Part shown: positions 50,018 to 52,598 of the stretch, one piece after another
Layout of the letters: the number at the start of each line of letters is the position of its first letter
Numbering within the stretch: position 1 is the stretch's first letter
Assembly (NCBI GenBank): GCA_016184045.1
Contig: JACPDM010000034.1
Location: 2,683 to 55,280, forward strand
DNA from: Micavibrio aeruginosavorus
Lineage (GTDB): Bacteria > Pseudomonadota > Alphaproteobacteria > Micavibrionales > Micavibrionaceae
Direction of reading: 5' to 3'
Length of the DNA: 52,598 nucleotides
The notes under the pieces: model-generated
Told to the model about the DNA's origin: nothing
What the model saw: only the letters and a program-made list of their open reading frames with translations
Databases searched by the model: none
Program-made: the position numbers and the translations under genes

Positions 50018-50157
50018 AATCCTCTGAATTTTCCCCTCTGTTTCCTGTTATCCGGGTCTGAAAAGGTAACGAATTCGTAACTTTCTCAGCACATTATTAG
50101 GATAGCGGGATGTATCTCCGCTCAATGAGTTCAACGTCTTGCCCCATATGCATATTC

Positions 50158-51420
50158 ATGACTGAAGATGATTCCAACCATATTTCCGTCCTGTTGCCCA
50201 GCGCACGGGTCGTCATGTTTGCAAACGATGCGGAGTCCATTGAGTCTTTCAAATCGTTGCAGAGTGACTGGCGTTTTGCCCGGGTCACGATAGAGCATCA
50301 CCCGGGCGGCGTAGAACAGGCAGCAGAGGCCTTGAAGGCGGGCGCGGTTAGCGCTGATCTTTTGATTATTGAAACTGAATCGATTGACGATGGATTCACC
50401 AATCGTCTCGAAACGCTATCCAGCTATTGCGCTGAGGGCACTGCGGCGATCGTTATCGGTCCTGTGAATGACGTCAATCTTTACCGCAAGCTGATCGGCA
50501 TGGGGATCAGCGATTATCTGGTGCGGCCAGTGAAAGCTCAGGCATTTGCGTTTCATATCGCAAGAACCCTGATCGAGCGTATTGGTGCGACCGGTAGCCG
50601 TCTTGTGGCGGTTATGGGGGCCAAGGGGGGTGTTGGAACGACGGTTATTGCCCAGGCAATGGCATGGGGATCCGCCGACATGCTGAACCAGAAAACGATT
50701 TTGATGGATGCGGCAGGCGGGCGGTCCACTTTGAGCATCGGGATGAATTTCGAACCCGCGACAACCTTGCAGGAAGCGGTGCGCGCAGCGGCATCTCAAA
50801 ATGAAGACTCGTTTAAACGCATGCTGCATCAGGCCAATGAGCGCCTGCATGTTTTAAGCAGTGGCGGCGATGTCATGCTCGACGACTCTGTCGATGCATC
50901 CGGATACGAAGGGCTTATTGACAAGCTGATGACGACTTACCCTGTCGTTATTGTCGATCTTTCCGGATCGCCGACGTCTTTGCAGCGAATCGTTCTTAGC
51001 AGGGCGAATCATATTGTGCTGGTGACGACTCCTCTTCTGCCCTCGTTGCGGGCGGCGCGGACATTGATTCAGGAGATCAAGGATCTGCGTAGCGATATCG
51101 CCAAAAGCCTTGATCTTGTGGTCAGCATGGAAGGGATCGCCCCCAAGCAGGAAGTTCCTAAAAAAGAGCTGGAAAGGGCGCTGGAGCGCGCGACGGCGGT
51201 CACGATCGCCTTTAATTCCGCGCTTTTTTCCGGATCTGAAAACGAGGGGCGAAAACTTAATTCGCTTCCGGAGGGCATTGCCGTCGTACGCAATCTTTTG
51301 GGCATGATGTCGAAAGTTCTGGCTGGAACCGGGAGCAGTATTTCTACGATCGCAAATGACGATCAGCAGAAAAAAAGCCCCTTCAGCGCGATTTTTAGCA
51401 AGTTGAAAGAAAAGGCTTAG
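50158..51420 (+). CDS. cpaE: CpaE/TadZ (degenerate receiver domain plus MinD-like ATPase)
   Basis: IVIGPVNDV.LYR.L...G.SDYL.P and GAKGGVGTT motifs. Confidence 0.9.
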   Translation: MTEDDSNHISVLLPSARVVMFANDAESIESFKSLQSDWRFARVTIEHHPGGVEQAAEALKAGAVSADLLIIETESIDDGFTNRLETLSSYCAEGTAAIVIGPVNDVNLYRKLIGMGISDYLVRPVKAQAFAFHIARTLIERIGATGSRLVAVMGAKGGVGTTVIAQAMAWGSADMLNQKTILMDAAGGRSTLSIGMNFEPATTLQEAVRAAASQNEDSFKRMLHQANERLHVLSSGGDVMLDDSVDASGYEGLIDKLMTTYPVVIVDLSGSPTSLQRIVLSRANHIVLVTTPLLPSLRAARTLIQEIKDLRSDIAKSLDLVVSMEGIAPKQEVPKKELERALERATAVTIAFNSALFSGSENEGRKLNSLPEGIAVVRNLLGMMSKVLAGTGSSISTIANDDQQKKSPFSAIFSKLKEKA

Positions 51421-51438
51421 CCCTGGGAGTGAGAAACG

Positions 51439-52598
51439 GTGGCGTTCGGGAAAAAAACGACTTCCGGTCCTGCACCGTCGGCGCCAGCCGCTGCACCGCG
51501 CCGCGCCCCTGCGCCAGCGTCGATTCAGCCGGCGGAAGAAAAAGTTGATTCTTCTCTGCCCTCTCCGACTTCTGCTGCACCGCCGCCGGATCTTGAGACG
51601 TTAAGCAAGCTGCAGGCGCTGAACGCTGAAGGCGGCGGCGCGGACAAGCCACGAAAAAGCATGGATGAAGATGGATTGCTTTCCGACCCGCATGGCGGCG
51701 GCATGGTTGCGCCTGCGGATCAAGCGTCATCCATGACATCCTTGCGCCTGCAACGCGCCCGTAACCGCATTTGGCTTGATTTGCGGGATGGCATCGATCT
51801 TAAGGCGCTTGCGCGCATGGATGCCAAGGCCGCGCGGGAAGAAGTCCAGTCCGCGGTGCAGGAAATTGCCCGTTTTCGGAATCTTGATGTAACGCCGGCT
51901 GAACTGGAGCAGATTGCCAAGGAATGCGGCGATGACATGCTAGGCTACGGCCCGCTGGAATCTCTTCTGGAACGCGACGATATCGCGGATATTATGATTA
52001 ACGGCCCTGAGACGACCTATATCGAGGTCGGCGGAAAGATCCAGAGAACGGATATAAAATTCCGTGATAACCAGCACCTGACGACGATTGCACAGAGAAT
52101 TGTTTCCGCCATCGGGCGCCGCGTTGATGAAGCCTCTCCGATATGCGATGCACGTCTCCCGGATGGAAGCCGTGTGAACGTGATTATTCCACCGCTTGCA
52201 ATCGACGGGGCGGCGATCACCATCAGGAAATTCAAGAAGGAAAAACTGACGCTTGAAAAGCTGATGGAATTTGGCTCGATGACGCCAAGTTGTGCAAAAT
52301 TGATTATGGCGGTTGGCCGTTGCCGCGTTAATGTCCTGGTTTCCGGCGGTACGGGCTCGGGCAAGACAACAATGCTCAACTGTCTTACGCGCTATATCGA
52401 ACAGGGGGAGCGAATCATTACCTGTGAGGATGCCGCAGAGCTTCAGTTGCAGCAGCCGCACGTCGTGCGCCTTGAAACGCGTCCGCCCAACCTTGAGGGG
52501 GTAGGGCAAATCACGATGCGCGATCTCGTGAGGAACTGTCTTCGTATGCGCCCGGAACGAATCATCGTCGGCGAGGTTCGCGGTCCTGAGGCTTTCGA
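51439..52598 (+). CDS. cpaF: Tad ATPase CpaF/TadA (runs off the window end; absent from the ORF track)
   Basis: Own translation from GTG 51439 gives [39 protein letters not shown] and [15 protein letters not shown]. Confidence 0.95.
   Translation, partial: MAFGKKTTSGPAPSAPAAAPRRAPAPASIQPAEEKVDSSLPSPTSAAPPPDLETLSKLQALNAEGGGADKPRKSMDEDGLLSDPHGGGMVAPADQASSMTSLRLQRARNRIWLDLRDGIDLKALARMDAKAAREEVQSAVQEIARFRNLDVTPAELEQIAKECGDDMLGYGPLESLLERDDIADIMINGPETTYIEVGGKIQRTDIKFRDNQHLTTIAQRIVSAIGRRVDEASPICDARLPDGSRVNVIIPPLAIDGAAITIRKFKKEKLTLEKLMEFGSMTPSCAKLIMAVGRCRVNVLVSGGTGSGKTTMLNCLTRYIEQGERIITCEDAAELQLQQPHVVRLETRPPNLEGVGQITMRDLVRNCLRMRPERIIVGEVRGPEAF

Overview
GC-rich alphaproteobacterial chromosome segment; the gene style and gene order suggest a Micavibrio-like lineage, which is inference only. 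Contents in order: a membrane hydroxylase-gmd-fcl-manC-arginase run; an XRE regulator with an orphan EgtD-like methyltransferase; two divergent M3 peptidase paralogs; mnmC; an orphan Flp pilin; wecA and GT4; trhO-oxyR divergent from ahpC-ahpD; FkbM; an AT-richer EEP gene bracketed by two ~130-bp direct repeats; TetR; a degenerate GGDEF-EAL protein; lpoA/rsmI/yraN; an ECF sigma plus YfbK-like vWA gene; BON; SirB1; pal-cpoB-tilS-ftsH; glmM; purA; a membrane pseudokinase; and the start of a Tad/Cpa pilus locus. The most notable observations are four. (1) A promoter-like motif (TTTTCCAAGGA-N15-CGYCYTA) occurs just before the ECF sigma ATG and again inside the vWA gene ahead of a strong second RBS/ATG. 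This suggests one gene encodes both an anti-sigma and a sigma-induced exported isoform. (2) FtsH has an in-frame deletion through its HEXXH zinc motif. (3) A structured non-coding repeat flanks a foreign-looking gene. (4) CtrA-type boxes lie in the Tad locus. No rRNA, tRNA, CRISPR, integrase or transposase was seen. All homology calls are by-eye motif recognition; no searches were run.
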